Source: an uncultured Hymenobacter sp. (lineage in GTDB: Bacteria; Bacteroidota; Bacteroidia; Cytophagales; Hymenobacteraceae). Taken from it: a stretch of DNA of 51,627 bases. Where the stretch lies: the NCBI GenBank assembly GCA_964242365.1, contig CAXTCS010000001.1, positions 1-51,627 of the forward strand, given 5' to 3'. Below, one piece after another: positions 10,027-19,635 of the stretch; within the stretch, counting starts at the first letter, position 1; every line of letters begins with the position of its first letter. A program made the position numbers and the translations under genes. Below the pieces are notes generated by a model. The model did not search any database. It was not told the DNA's origin and saw nothing but the letters and a program-made list of their open reading frames with translations.

Positions 10027-10730
10027 ATGCGCTGCAAGCTCTTGTAAAACGCTTCCTGGTACGACTTGCCGATGGGCACGAAATGGCCTCCTTGCAGGCT
10101 GGCCGTGTTGTCTTCGATGGACTCGATGCGCTGGGTGTTGAGCAGGTAGCTGCGGTGCACCCGGATGAAGTTGGGGTACGCGCTGAGGCGGTTTTCGAGG
10201 GCCTTGAGCGTGGTGTACACGATGTACTTGTGCTTGGCCGTGACGATGTTGACATAGTCCGACAGGGCTTCGACGTACAGCACTTCGTCGAAATTGATGC
10301 GCACCATGCGGCTGTTCACCTTCACAAACAGGTCGGCGTTGGCGGGGCTTTCGGCGGCCGGGGCGGGGCCGGGCTTGGGGTGGGGCTTCACCCGCTGCAC
10401 GGCCTGCGAAAAGCGGGCAAAATCGAAGGGCTTCACCAGGTAATCGGTCACGCGCAGCTCGAAGGCATCGACGGCAAAATCCTGCCGGGCGGTGGTGATG
10501 ATGACCTCGGGCGGGTCGGTGAGCACCCGCAGCAGCTCCAGCCCGCTGAGGTGGGGCATCTCAATGTCGAGAAACAACACGTCGACCCGGTGGCCTTCGC
10601 GGAAGAAGGCCAGCCCGGCAATGCCATCGGCCAACGTGCTTACCAGCTTGAGGTTGGGCGTGAGCCCGATGTAGTGCTCAAGCGTCAGACGATTAATCTC
10701 GTCGTCGTCGATGATGGCGCAGGTTAACAT
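10023..10730 (-). CDS. LytTR-family response regulator
   Basis: Receiver motifs IIDDD and FLDIEMP, DYLVKP; LytTR motif FIRVHRSY. Confidence 0.95.
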   Translation of the reverse strand: MLTCAIIDDDEINRLTLEHYIGLTPNLKLVSTLADGIAGLAFFREGHRVDVLFLDIEMPHLSGLELLRVLTDPPEVIITTARQDFAVDAFELRVTDYLVKPFDFARFSQAVQRVKPHPKPGPAPAAESPANADLFVKVNSRMVRINFDEVLYVEALSDYVNIVTAKHKYIVYTTLKALENRLSAYPNFIRVHRSYLLNTQRIESIEDNTASLQGGHFVPIGKSYQEAFYKSLQRI

Positions 10731-11048
10731 AGCAAGTAGGAAGGAAGGGTAGGGCAGCGGCGGCGACCACGAAGTCGTTCGTTCACCAGTATAAAGTAAC
10801 TACTCGCCAGGCGAAAGGCGGCCATTACTGCAACTGGCAAAGCGGAAGATAAGCGCTAAATGCTGCGGAGGCACCTAAAGCACACAGCCTGAATGGGCCA
10901 GCCCGGTACCTCTTCAGCTTCAGCGTTTGTGGGTTTGATTCGTACGTTATTGGGGCGGCAACTGGTTTTAGGCCTGTTCCGGCTCCGGGCCACGGCGCTT
11001 GCGGCCGGGCGGCACGTTGCCGCGGCCCAGGGCCGGCCAAAAAGGGGC

Positions 11049-12440
11049 CTATTTCGGGTCGTCCAGGGCCTGCCGCACCAGGGCCTGCACGGCGGGCTGG
11101 TCAAAGTCGGCTTCGGTTTGAATGTGGGGCATGAGCCGGGCCATGATGGCGTCCTGGCGCTGGCCGGCGGCCCAGGCCTCGGCGTAGGGCGTGTGCGAAA
11201 ACGTGACCTGCGCGTAGAGCGGCGTCCAGCGGCCGGGGTACTGGCCGGCGATTTTGGCCTCAATCTTTTTCTGGAGCAGGAAGCGCGGGTCGGCCACCCG
11301 GTCGCGCATCTCGGTGAAGTTGTAGAGCGCCAGGTCGGCCATGGCGTCGGTGTTGGGCTTGCGCTGGGCCTGAAACTCGGCGAAGACGGCGGGCCAGTCG
11401 GCGTCAGCGTCGGCATCGGCGTGCTGGCCGAGCAGGGCATCGAGCACGCGGCAATCTTCAAAGCCGGCGTTCATGCCCTGGCCATAAAAAGGCACGATGG
11501 CATGCGAGGCGTCGCCGAGCAGCAGCACGTCGTCGGCGTGCTTCCACGGGTAGCAGCGGATGGTGACGAGTGAGCCGGTCGGGTGGGCGAAAAACTCGTC
11601 CGTGAGGGCCGGCATCAGCGGCAGGGCGTCGGGAAACACGCGGCCGAAAAAGGCCGTCACGTCGGCCGGCGTTTGCAGCGCGGCAAAGCTTTCGGCCCCT
11701 TCGTAAGGGAAAAACAGCGTGCAGTTGAACGAGCCGTCGAGGTTAGGCAGCGCAATCATCAGGTACTGCCCGCGCGGCCAGATGTGCAGGGCGTTTTTTT
11801 CGAGCGGCCACGCGCCCTCGGGGCCGGCGGCGATGGTCAGCTCCTTGTAGCCGTACTCGAGGTAGTCCTGCGAATAATCGTAGCGGTCGGTTTTCTGCAT
11901 AGCCCCGCGCACGGCCGAAAACGCCCCGTCGGTGCCAAAGAGGCGGGTGTAGGGCTCGGTATGTTCCTGCTGGGTGGCCAGGTCGAGCAGGTGCAGGCGC
12001 CGCTGCTTCAGGTCGAGGTGCAGGCACTGCTGGCCGAAGCGCAGGCGCACGTTGGGCTGGGCCTCGGCCAGGTCGAGCAGGCGGCGGTTGAGGTGGCCGC
12101 GGTTGACGGAGTAAATGGCCTGGTCCGCCGCGCCGTAGGGCTGCCGGGTGAGGGCGCCGTGCACGTCGTGCATCACGCGGCCGGTCATCGGGATGCCCAC
12201 CCGGCGGATGTCGTCGGCCACGCCCACGCCTTCGAGCGCGCGCCAGCCGCGGTCCGACAGCGCCAGGTTGATGGAGCGCCCTTCCTGAAAACCCGCGCGG
12301 CGCGGGTCGGCGCGCCGCTCAAAAACCTGCACCGGGTGCCCGCGCCGCGCCAAATACAACGACAGCAGGGAGCCCACCAGGCCGGCGCCCATCACGGTGA
12401 GGGGCTCGGCAACGGGCAGCGGGGAAGCGACGGAAGGCAT
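11049..12440 (-). CDS. kmo: Kynurenine 3-monooxygenase
   Basis: GAGLVG FAD motif, GRSINLALSDRG, ALHIWPRG, GDASHAIVPFYGQGMNAGFED; close to kynU. Confidence 0.95.
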   Translation of the reverse strand: MPSVASPLPVAEPLTVMGAGLVGSLLSLYLARRGHPVQVFERRADPRRAGFQEGRSINLALSDRGWRALEGVGVADDIRRVGIPMTGRVMHDVHGALTRQPYGAADQAIYSVNRGHLNRRLLDLAEAQPNVRLRFGQQCLHLDLKQRRLHLLDLATQQEHTEPYTRLFGTDGAFSAVRGAMQKTDRYDYSQDYLEYGYKELTIAAGPEGAWPLEKNALHIWPRGQYLMIALPNLDGSFNCTLFFPYEGAESFAALQTPADVTAFFGRVFPDALPLMPALTDEFFAHPTGSLVTIRCYPWKHADDVLLLGDASHAIVPFYGQGMNAGFEDCRVLDALLGQHADADADADWPAVFAEFQAQRKPNTDAMADLALYNFTEMRDRVADPRFLLQKKIEAKIAGQYPGRWTPLYAQVTFSHTPYAEAWAAGQRQDAIMARLMPHIQTEADFDQPAVQALVRQALDDPK

Positions 12441-12632
12441 AAAGCAGGCAAAAAAGAAAAGTGACGGGGCGGCGAAGCTACTGCCCGGCCAGTGCCTGGC
12501 GCACGGCCCGAAAAATGCCCGCCGCGTTACCAGGTTCCTTCAGCGAGGCATTTATGGCTTTAACCGGAATATTCAGCATAAAAGCAACCGACGGAAGACC
12601 TTTGACGAATTGAGGATATTCTACTTTTATAA

Positions 12633-12893
12633 ATGACGCGCTTTCGACTTCATTACCGGCGGGCCGGCTATGCGCACTGGTGCTGCCGCATCGCGCGCCG
12701 CCGCACTATTTCGGCTTTGCGGGCCGAGCCCGTGGTGGCCGACGACCACGCTCCCAGTACGGCCAGATGGCGGCGCAAGATGCCGCTGGTTTCGCCGCCA
12801 GCCCCCGCGACTTCCGCGCTGCGGGTCGGCGAATTTGTGGTGGGCGACGACGACGACCCGCAACTGTTTGGCCATCCCGATATTAGGTATTAG
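12633..12893 (+). CDS. Small hypothetical protein (86 aa), paralog of 13116-13319
   Basis: C-terminal 25 aa align without gaps to the next small ORF (15/25 identical), with synonymous codon differences. ATG follows an AT-rich stretch. Confidence 0.7.
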   Translation: MTRFRLHYRRAGYAHWCCRIARRRTISALRAEPVVADDHAPSTARWRRKMPLVSPPAPATSALRVGEFVVGDDDDPQLFGHPDIRY

Positions 12894-13115
12894 CGGCTTA
12901 TTGGTTTAGAAGCCCGGTCCGGGGCCATCACAGAAAGCGGCAACCAACACAAGTTATAGGGCCCGAAAAAGGCCCTTGCAACTACTGGCAGCGGCGCCTG
13001 CACAGTGCACAGCTTGTTGCGGCAAGCTGGTACGTTAGTTGCAAACGGGGGCTGGCGCAAGTTGCTTGCTGCGTCTGGGTTACGCTTTCTTTTTCACTCA
13101 TTAAATCCTCCGCCA

Positions 13116-13319
13116 ATGCCCCGTACTGCTACGCTTCGCCGGCACAAGCCGTCGGCCCCGACAACCCCCGCCCAGCCGCCGACGGAACCTCCGGCGCCGG
13201 GCCAGGCGGCCGCGGCAGCTTCCGTGCCCAGCGCCGGAGCTGCTCTGTGGGTCGGCGGCTACGAAGTAGGCGAGGTTTTTTGCCCGCAGCTGTACGGCCA
13301 CCCCGACATTCTTTACTAG
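13116..13319 (+). CDS. Small hypothetical protein (67 aa), paralog of 12633-12893
   Basis: MPRTATLRRH...ALWVGGYEVGEVFCPQLYGHPDILY*. Start ATG 13116 preferred over the track's 13005. Confidence 0.72.
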   Translation: MPRTATLRRHKPSAPTTPAQPPTEPPAPGQAAAAASVPSAGAALWVGGYEVGEVFCPQLYGHPDILY

Positions 13320-13326
13320 CCAACCA

Positions 13327-13947
13327 TCAGCCGGTGGCCCCGGCCACCCACCGGAACGTCAGGTTGATGCGCGGCCCAACCGGGCGCGCCGTTTTGGGCA
13401 GCGCGTGCTGCCAGTGTTGCTGCGTGGGGCCGCGCATCAGCAGCAAGCTGCCAGCGGGCAAATCGAGGGCAAAAGGCGGGTGGCCCGGCCCGGCCCCGGG
13501 CCGGCCCCGGCGGGGCCGCAGCCGAAAGCGGCGCGTGGCCCCCAGGCTCAGCGAGGCGATGGCGGGCGCCGGCCCCAGCTCAGGCTCGTCGTCGGAATGC
13601 CAGCCCATGCTGTCGCGGCCGTCGCGGTAGCAGTTCAGCAGCACGCTGTTGAAGCGGGCGCCGGTGGCGGCTTCGGTGCGCTGGCGCAGGTCGCGCAAGG
13701 CGGCCGTCCAGGGGCGCGGCTCCCAGCTCAGGCCCGAATAGGCGTAGCGCGCCGCCGGGTCGCCGTACCACGCGGTGAGGCGGGGCTGGGGGATTTCCTG
13801 CCCAAAAATGCGGATGGCCCGCTGCTCCCAGGCGACCTCGGCGGTGAGCAGGGCCAGGAAGGCCTGGGCCTCGGCGGGCCGCAGGAAAGCGGGGTCGAAA
13901 AGCAGGTCGGCCTGGGGCAGGAGCAACGGCGATAGCGGCACGCGCAA
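13327..13947 (-). CDS. AlkB-family 2-oxoglutarate/Fe(II) dioxygenase (ALKBH2/3-like)
   Basis: PRLTAWYGD, LLNCYRDGRDSMGWHSDDE (HxD), WQHALPK, RINLTFR. Confidence 0.93.
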   Translation of the reverse strand: MRVPLSPLLLPQADLLFDPAFLRPAEAQAFLALLTAEVAWEQRAIRIFGQEIPQPRLTAWYGDPAARYAYSGLSWEPRPWTAALRDLRQRTEAATGARFNSVLLNCYRDGRDSMGWHSDDEPELGPAPAIASLSLGATRRFRLRPRRGRPGAGPGHPPFALDLPAGSLLLMRGPTQQHWQHALPKTARPVGPRINLTFRWVAGATG

Positions 13948-13953
13948 ATCGGG

Positions 13954-14658
13954 TTATTGCTTTTGCATCATCCGCTCCAGCTCCTGGCGCACCTCTTTGG
14001 GCTGCTGCCGGATGAGGTAGGGCGTGATGCGCTGCACGCCCCACACAACGAGCATGCACACCAAAATGGGCACCAGCACGCTGCGGCTGCGGAAATTGGT
14101 GGCCCCCACGTAGCGCGGCCAAAACCACAGCACGTACGCCAGCGTGGCCGGCAAATTAAACAGCAGCAAGCCCCACACCGGGCTCAGCCCGCCCTGCGAC
14201 ACGGCCCAGTTCACGACCATCGACGCGACGAATAAGTAAGCCACCACGAACAGGGCCAGCCCCAAAACCGCCCTTTTCTTGCCCAAGCGGTACAGGTTCA
14301 TGCCCATCAGCACCCCGCCGGTGAGCATGGTCGACATGGGCAGTATCGAAAACAGCACGATGGTAACCGGCGAATACAGCGCCGGCACCGTGGCCGCCAG
14401 CGCGGCCGGGTCGGCCGTGCCGGCGCCAGTGGCCGCCAGGCGCTCGGCTTCGGCGGTTTCGTCGCGGGTGCGCTGGGCGGCGGCAGCCACTTCGAGGTCG
14501 GGGCGCAGGGCGGCTTCCTCGGGCGCGGGCTGCCCGCGGCGGCGCAGCTCGTCGAGGGCCGCCAGCACGGCGGCCTCGCGGTACTGGGCATGGCCGGTCA
14601 CGTATTCGCGCAGGGCCGCGTCGGTCTTGAGCAGCATCTTGGCGGCGTAATCTTCCAT
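13954..14658 (-). CDS. Hypothetical membrane protein
   Basis: Helical N-terminus followed by about 4-5 hydrophobic segments; ATG at 14658. Confidence 0.75.
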   Translation of the reverse strand: MEDYAAKMLLKTDAALREYVTGHAQYREAAVLAALDELRRRGQPAPEEAALRPDLEVAAAAQRTRDETAEAERLAATGAGTADPAALAATVPALYSPVTIVLFSILPMSTMLTGGVLMGMNLYRLGKKRAVLGLALFVVAYLFVASMVVNWAVSQGGLSPVWGLLLFNLPATLAYVLWFWPRYVGATNFRSRSVLVPILVCMLVVWGVQRITPYLIRQQPKEVRQELERMMQKQ

Positions 14659-14679
14659 GGAAATCAATTAACAGTTATC

Positions 14680-14788
14680 AGTGAGCAGTCTTACAATGAG
14701 CAATGAACAGTGAGCAATGAACAATGAGCAGGTATGAGCTACTGGGTGTGAATATGTGCGTTGTGAGAGCAATTGCTCATTGTTCATT
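14680..14788. repeat. 7-mer tandem repeat (A(A/G)TGA(G/A)C) with an inverted partner
   Basis: aatgagc aatgaac agtgagc aatgaac aatgagc ... ttgctcattgttcatt, in the gap downstream of kynU. Confidence 0.75.
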
Positions 14789-16064
14789 ATAAATTATAAA
14801 ATTGCCGCAGCGCGTCGCCCACCCGCCGCACGTCCTCAAACGAGTTATACAGCGGCACGGGTGCCAGGCGGATGACGTTGGGCTCGCGCCAGTCGGCGAT
14901 GATGCCCCGGGCGGCCAGGTAGTCGAACAGCTCGCGGCCCCGCCGGTGCACCAGCACCGAGAGCTGGCAGCCGCGCTGCGCCGGGTCGCTGGGGGTAATG
15001 ATTTCCAGCGCGGAGCTGGGTAACCCCAGCGCGTGAATAAGGGTTTCGAGGTAGCCCGTAAGTTGTTCGCTCTTACGCCGCAACGCCGCCATGCCGCCGG
15101 CCCGGTCCACGATGTCGAGGCTGGCCCGGTGCAGGGCCAGCGGGAAAATCTGGGCGTTGGAAAGCTGCCAGCCCGCCGCGCCGGGCATGGGCCGGAAGCC
15201 TTTTTTCATCTGAAACCGCTCTGCCGGGTCGTGGCCCCACCAGCCGGCCAGGCGCACGAGGTCGGGCCGGTGGGCAAACCGCTCGTGCACAAACACGCCC
15301 GACGTGCCGCCAGGGCCCGAATTGAGGTACTTATACGAGCACCAGCAGGCAAAATCCACGTCCCACTCGTGCAGGCGCAGCGCCAGGTTGCCGGCCGCGT
15401 GGGCCAGGTCGAAGCCCACGAGCGCGCCCACCGCGTGGCCCGCCCGCGCAATGGCGGCCAGGTCGAAGGCCTGCCCAGTGTAGTAGTTCACGCCGCCGAT
15501 GAGCACGGTGGCCAGCGTGTCGCCCAGCTCCCCGATTTTGGCTTCGATGTCGGCCGTGCGCAGGGTGTGTTCGCCGGGGCGCGGCACCAGCTCCACGATG
15601 GCCTCGGCCGGGTCGAGGCCGTGCAGGCGGGCCTGGCTTTCGATGGCGTACTGGTCGGAGGGAAAAGCCCCGCCTTCCATCAAAATCTTGTAACGGGCGC
15701 CCGTGGGGCGGTAAAACGAGACCAGCAGCAGGTGCAGGTTCACGGTCAGGCTGTTCATCACCACCACTTCCAGCGGCAGCGCACCCACCAGCCGGGCCGA
15801 GGCCGCCGCGAGCGTGTCTTGGTAGTGCATCCAGGGCGAGGCGCCCTGAAAATGGCCTTCAACCCCCAGCCGCTCCCAGGCCTCAAACTCCTGCTCGGCA
15901 GCGGCGCGGGCAGCCTTGGGCATCAGCCCCAGCGAGTTGCCGCAAAAGTAGGTGCCCGGCTGCCCATCGGGCCCGGGCGGCAGGTGAAACTCCTGGCGGA
16001 AAGCAGCCAGCGGGTCGGCCGCGTCGAGTTGGGCCGCCGTAGCGGGAGAGGGCTCAGCAATCAT
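14787..16064 (-). CDS. kynU: Kynureninase
   Basis: YFCGNSLGLMP, MNSLTVNLH, FDLAHAAGN, WCSYKYLNSGPG (PLP lysine), GWWGH. Confidence 0.97.
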   Translation of the reverse strand: MIAEPSPATAAQLDAADPLAAFRQEFHLPPGPDGQPGTYFCGNSLGLMPKAARAAAEQEFEAWERLGVEGHFQGASPWMHYQDTLAAASARLVGALPLEVVVMNSLTVNLHLLLVSFYRPTGARYKILMEGGAFPSDQYAIESQARLHGLDPAEAIVELVPRPGEHTLRTADIEAKIGELGDTLATVLIGGVNYYTGQAFDLAAIARAGHAVGALVGFDLAHAAGNLALRLHEWDVDFACWCSYKYLNSGPGGTSGVFVHERFAHRPDLVRLAGWWGHDPAERFQMKKGFRPMPGAAGWQLSNAQIFPLALHRASLDIVDRAGGMAALRRKSEQLTGYLETLIHALGLPSSALEIITPSDPAQRGCQLSVLVHRRGRELFDYLAARGIIADWREPNVIRLAPVPLYNSFEDVRRVGDALRQFYNL

Positions 16065-16213
16065 GCCGGCAAAGGTCGGCCCAAAGCCCCTGCCGATGCT
16101 AGCAAAAGGTTATGGCTTATTGACTGCCACGCTCCAGTTGTCCAAATTACTCATCGCCCAAAACTAAGAGCACAGCGCCTTTTGTAGCACTAAGCTTAGC
16201 GTCTCCAAAAAGA

Positions 16214-16314
16214 CGTCATACTGAGCTTGGTCAAGTGCCCTCATTAGGTAACTAATCAATTTAAAATGATTTAGTTAAATGGTGGAAATGCGTCGGCTAC
16301 GTTCAGCATGAACG
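16214..16314. repeat. Degenerate copy of the REP-like palindromic element at 44240 and 46536
   Basis: cgtcatactgagc... and ...gaaatgcgtcggctacgttcagcatgaacg resemble the arms gtcatgYcgagcgcagccga / agatgYctcggctgcgctcgRcatgac, with similar ~100 bp spacing. Confidence 0.55.
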
Positions 16315-16361
16315 CCCCTTTTCATCGCCTATTTGAACAGGGCCTTAGCTGGCTTTAGGCA

Positions 16362-17732
16362 TTACTGCACTACGTATCCTTGGAGCCAACCCTCCAGCAG
16401 GTGCAGCAGCATCACTAGGTTAAAGATGTAAAGGAGCATGGTGATTTCGCGTTGCCAGCGCAGCTGTCGCCATGCTAAGTACGCTAAAATGTAAGCCGTA
16501 ACCAGCCCAAAATACCACAGCGCCTGCGGCGTGGTGAAATTCGAAAAACCTTGATTGTAAGCACCAAATACCTGCCATAAGCACAGGGTAGCGGCCGCAA
16601 TCAGCAAATAGCGGCGCCAGGGCCAAGCGGGCTGCCCCGCCAGATGGCCCGCCAGCACCACGAAAAAAGGGGTAGCCAACATGTAGCGGCTCTGGTTCCA
16701 AATGCTCCCGCCCTGAAACAGCAGCACGAACAACCCAGCACACACGCAGTACCCCAGCGCGAAAAGCACTTCGGGCGGCGCGGGCGGCAGCGCCTCTCGC
16801 TTGCCTGGCTGGGCTAGGCCACGCCACGCCAGCCAGCTGCACACCCCAATGGCTACTGCCCCCAGCCACAGCCCCGCGCCATCCAGCCAGAGCATGTCGA
16901 CGCCAGAGGGGTCGTTTAGCGGAAAGCGAATGGGGGTCAGGTGGTGGCCCCAATGCTCTTGGGCCAGCACAAAGCCCCAAGGCTCGCCGGTTTGCTGCCA
17001 TTGCACGAAAGCCACCGTGCCCACCGCCGCTGCCAGCGCGAGCAGCCCCGTGAGGCCCCACGTCAGCGCCATACGAAGCTGGCCGGGCTGTAGCGCCCAC
17101 AGCAAGACCATAAAGAGTAGAGCCGGCGTGAAGACCGTGCTAGCCGAGCGGGCCAAGCCACAGCCCAGCAGTCCCACTACCCACCACACCAGCTGCCGCC
17201 GTCGAAGCCCAATTATCAGCAGGCTGCCGAAGAAAAAGAACAAGGCCTCGGTATAAGGCACTATCATGAACAGCAACACCGGTGTTGAAAGCAGCAGCAA
17301 GTGCAGCCGGGCGGGCAGGCGCAACTGTTGCGCCAGCCCCGTGTAGCTGACCAAAAACAGCGTGGCATTCAGCAGGCTCATGCCCAGCCGGCCCAGCCCC
17401 GTGAAGCGCCACAGGTAGGGCAGCAGCGGAAAAAAAGCCGCGTTGCTCATTTCCGTGGCTGAGTAAGTGTAGCCGCTCACTCGAATCTGTTCGTACCACG
17501 CCACGTCCCATTGGCGCAGATTGGCTTCGGCGGGCAGCACCCGAATAACGCCGAAAGCATACAACGCCGACGTCAGCGCCGCCAGCAGCAACAAATGAAC
17601 GGCCGATACCAGCAGGTAGCGGTAGCGCACCAGAAAAGCAGCGGGCGAAGCAGCAACGGTAGAATCAGACACGGGCAAGCGGTGAAAAAGGCACAAAACA
17701 GCAGTTGCTAAAGCGGCGCGGGCTACTGCCAA
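16362..17732 (-). CDS. GT-C fold glycosyltransferase, PIG-V mannosyltransferase-like (true start probably ~60 nt downstream)
   Basis: QWDVAWYEQI...GY...AAFFPLLP, PYTEALFF, about 10 TM segments. Confidence 0.75.
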   Translation of the reverse strand: MAVARAALATAVLCLFHRLPVSDSTVAASPAAFLVRYRYLLVSAVHLLLLAALTSALYAFGVIRVLPAEANLRQWDVAWYEQIRVSGYTYSATEMSNAAFFPLLPYLWRFTGLGRLGMSLLNATLFLVSYTGLAQQLRLPARLHLLLLSTPVLLFMIVPYTEALFFFFGSLLIIGLRRRQLVWWVVGLLGCGLARSASTVFTPALLFMVLLWALQPGQLRMALTWGLTGLLALAAAVGTVAFVQWQQTGEPWGFVLAQEHWGHHLTPIRFPLNDPSGVDMLWLDGAGLWLGAVAIGVCSWLAWRGLAQPGKREALPPAPPEVLFALGYCVCAGLFVLLFQGGSIWNQSRYMLATPFFVVLAGHLAGQPAWPWRRYLLIAAATLCLWQVFGAYNQGFSNFTTPQALWYFGLVTAYILAYLAWRQLRWQREITMLLYIFNLVMLLHLLEGWLQGYVVQ

Positions 17733-18274
17733 GCTTCCAGCTTTAAATCATCCAGGGTCGCCACGTCGGAGCTAATTTGCTGGTGCCAGACGTAAAACTT
17801 TAGCTCATCGGTTGGCAACAAGTCATCGGGCAGGCGGATGTGCTGCTGCACGGGCACCCAGACTTGGTAGCGCGTCACCACCTCGTCGAGGTTGAACCCT
17901 TCCCATACATCGGGCCGACGGCCGTGGCAGTTTATGGCCAACACCAGCGAGGTGGAAATGCGGCCGCTGGGCAGGTACACCCACCCGCTAAGCCGCAACT
18001 CCCGTGGCACAAACGGACACGTCTCCAGGGTGGTCGCGTAGCCCGGTCCAAACTCTTCCTCCCGGGCCATGCGGTAGGCATACCGGCCGGAGTGGGCCAG
18101 GTCGGTGGTCAGAAACGAAGGCAGGGGCGAAACCCAGCCCTGAAACTGCTCAAAGTCGGATGTGAATACGGTGCACGATTCCTGACCAGCGGTGGCGCAT
18201 GCCGTTAGAGAAAGCCCCAGGGCCATGCCCCAGCACCGGGTGGCAAAATATAATAAGTCAATGCGAACAAACAT
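17723..18274 (-). CDS. Lipoprotein with CBM-like beta-sandwich (paralog 1 of 4)
   Basis: Lipobox LTAC; SDFE...GW...AHSGRY; LSGWVYLP; LKFYVW; LDDL. Confidence 0.75.
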   Translation of the reverse strand: MFVRIDLLYFATRCWGMALGLSLTACATAGQESCTVFTSDFEQFQGWVSPLPSFLTTDLAHSGRYAYRMAREEEFGPGYATTLETCPFVPRELRLSGWVYLPSGRISTSLVLAINCHGRRPDVWEGFNLDEVVTRYQVWVPVQQHIRLPDDLLPTDELKFYVWHQQISSDVATLDDLKLEAWQ

Positions 18275-18322
18275 CAAAAATCTGATAACCAGGGGCTATA
18301 GTCGGAGCAGGGCAAGCAATAC

Positions 18323-19360
18323 TCAGCTTTTGGTTTTTTGGTAATTGTGGAAGGTATCAAACCGACTGGCGTTCAGCCCCAGCCAATCGAGGGCATTTTG
18401 GCCCAGCATCCGGGCCTTCACCTCGGCCGCAAACGGCATGGCGTTGATGAGTTGGCCCGGCTCCGGCTCGCCCAGCGGAAACGGGTAATCGGTGCCGAGC
18501 GTGATTTTCTCGGGCCCCAGCGTTTTGACGAGGTATTCCAGCATCAGCGGGTCGTGCACCAGCGAATCAACCCAAAACTTGCCCAGGTACTTGCGCGGGT
18601 TGTGCGGGTTGTCGATGGCGCAGAGGTCGGGCCGCACCTGCCAGCCGTGCTCGATGCGGCCAATGGTGCTGGCAAACGAGCCCCCGCCGTGGGCCACGGC
18701 CACGCGCAGGTTGGGCAGCCGCTCCAGCACCCCGCCAAATATCAGCGAGCAGAGGGCCAGGGTGCTTTCGGCGGGCATGCCCACCAGCCAGGGCAGCCAG
18801 TATTTGGGCATTTTTTGCTGGGCCATCATGTCCCACGGATGCACGAACACGCAGGCGCCCAGCTCTTCGGCGGCGGCAAAGATTTCGAACAGCTCCGGCT
18901 GGTCGAGGTTCCAGTCGTTGACGTGGGAGCCGATTTGCACCCCGGCCAGGCCAATTTTCATGCACCGCTCCAGCTCTTTGATGGCCAGCCTGGGCGCCTG
19001 CATGGGCAGCGTGCCGAGGCCCACGAAGCGGGTGGGGTAGCGGCGCACCACGTCGGCGATGTGGTCGTTCAGCAGCTGGCTCAAATCGAGGCAGTCGAGC
19101 GGCTGCGCCCAGTAGCTGAACATGACCGGCACCGTGCTCAGCACCTGCACCTGCACGCCAAACCGGTCGTACTCGCGCATCCGCACCTGCGGGTCCCAGC
19201 AATTGTCCTGCACCTCGCGGAAGAACTTGTCGTCCTGCATCATGCGGGCGCAGCAGGGCTTGTGGTGTTCCAGCCGGATGAAGCCCCCGTAGCCGTAGCG
19301 CTCGCGCAGGTCGGGCCAGCGCTCGGGCAAAATGTGGGTGTGAATGTCGATGGAAAGCAC
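18323..19360 (-). CDS. nbaD: 2-amino-3-carboxymuconate-6-semialdehyde decarboxylase (ACMSD, amidohydrolase family)
   Basis: [56 protein letters not shown]. Likely GTG start at 19360. Confidence 0.92.
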   Translation of the reverse strand: MLSIDIHTHILPERWPDLRERYGYGGFIRLEHHKPCCARMMQDDKFFREVQDNCWDPQVRMREYDRFGVQVQVLSTVPVMFSYWAQPLDCLDLSQLLNDHIADVVRRYPTRFVGLGTLPMQAPRLAIKELERCMKIGLAGVQIGSHVNDWNLDQPELFEIFAAAEELGACVFVHPWDMMAQQKMPKYWLPWLVGMPAESTLALCSLIFGGVLERLPNLRVAVAHGGGSFASTIGRIEHGWQVRPDLCAIDNPHNPRKYLGKFWVDSLVHDPLMLEYLVKTLGPEKITLGTDYPFPLGEPEPGQLINAMPFAAEVKARMLGQNALDWLGLNASRFDTFHNYQKTKS

Positions 19361-19635
19361 AGCGGCTAGGAGAGCGGGATTAGCGGAAGAAAAGGTCTGA
19401 AAAGCCAGCAAGCCCACGTCATTGAGGCCAGCCAAGCTGCAAAAAATGTTCTTGGTACTTCTCCCAACTCATATCGCAGCAGCTCAGTAAACCGACGAGG
19501 TACTGGCAGTTTTGCACAGCTAAAAAGCATTGCCGCCATCTGTACAAATGGCTGCCATACCCTCGGGCGCGCTTAGACAAGTGGGGAGGGGCAGCGGGGT
19601 TACCAGCTATCCACACATATTGCAGCGCGCAACCG

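Noticed and set aside
12627-13323. Alternative-frame and antisense small ORFs over the peptide pair
   Set aside because: Only the 12633 and 13116 frames preserve the shared motif with synonymous third-position changes.
13327-13947. 2OG-Fe(II) oxygenase as the modifying enzyme for the adjacent small peptides (RiPP cluster)
   Set aside because: It looks like an ordinary ALKBH2/3-type repair enzyme, is on the opposite strand, and no peptidase or transporter is adjacent. Not excluded, but unsupported.
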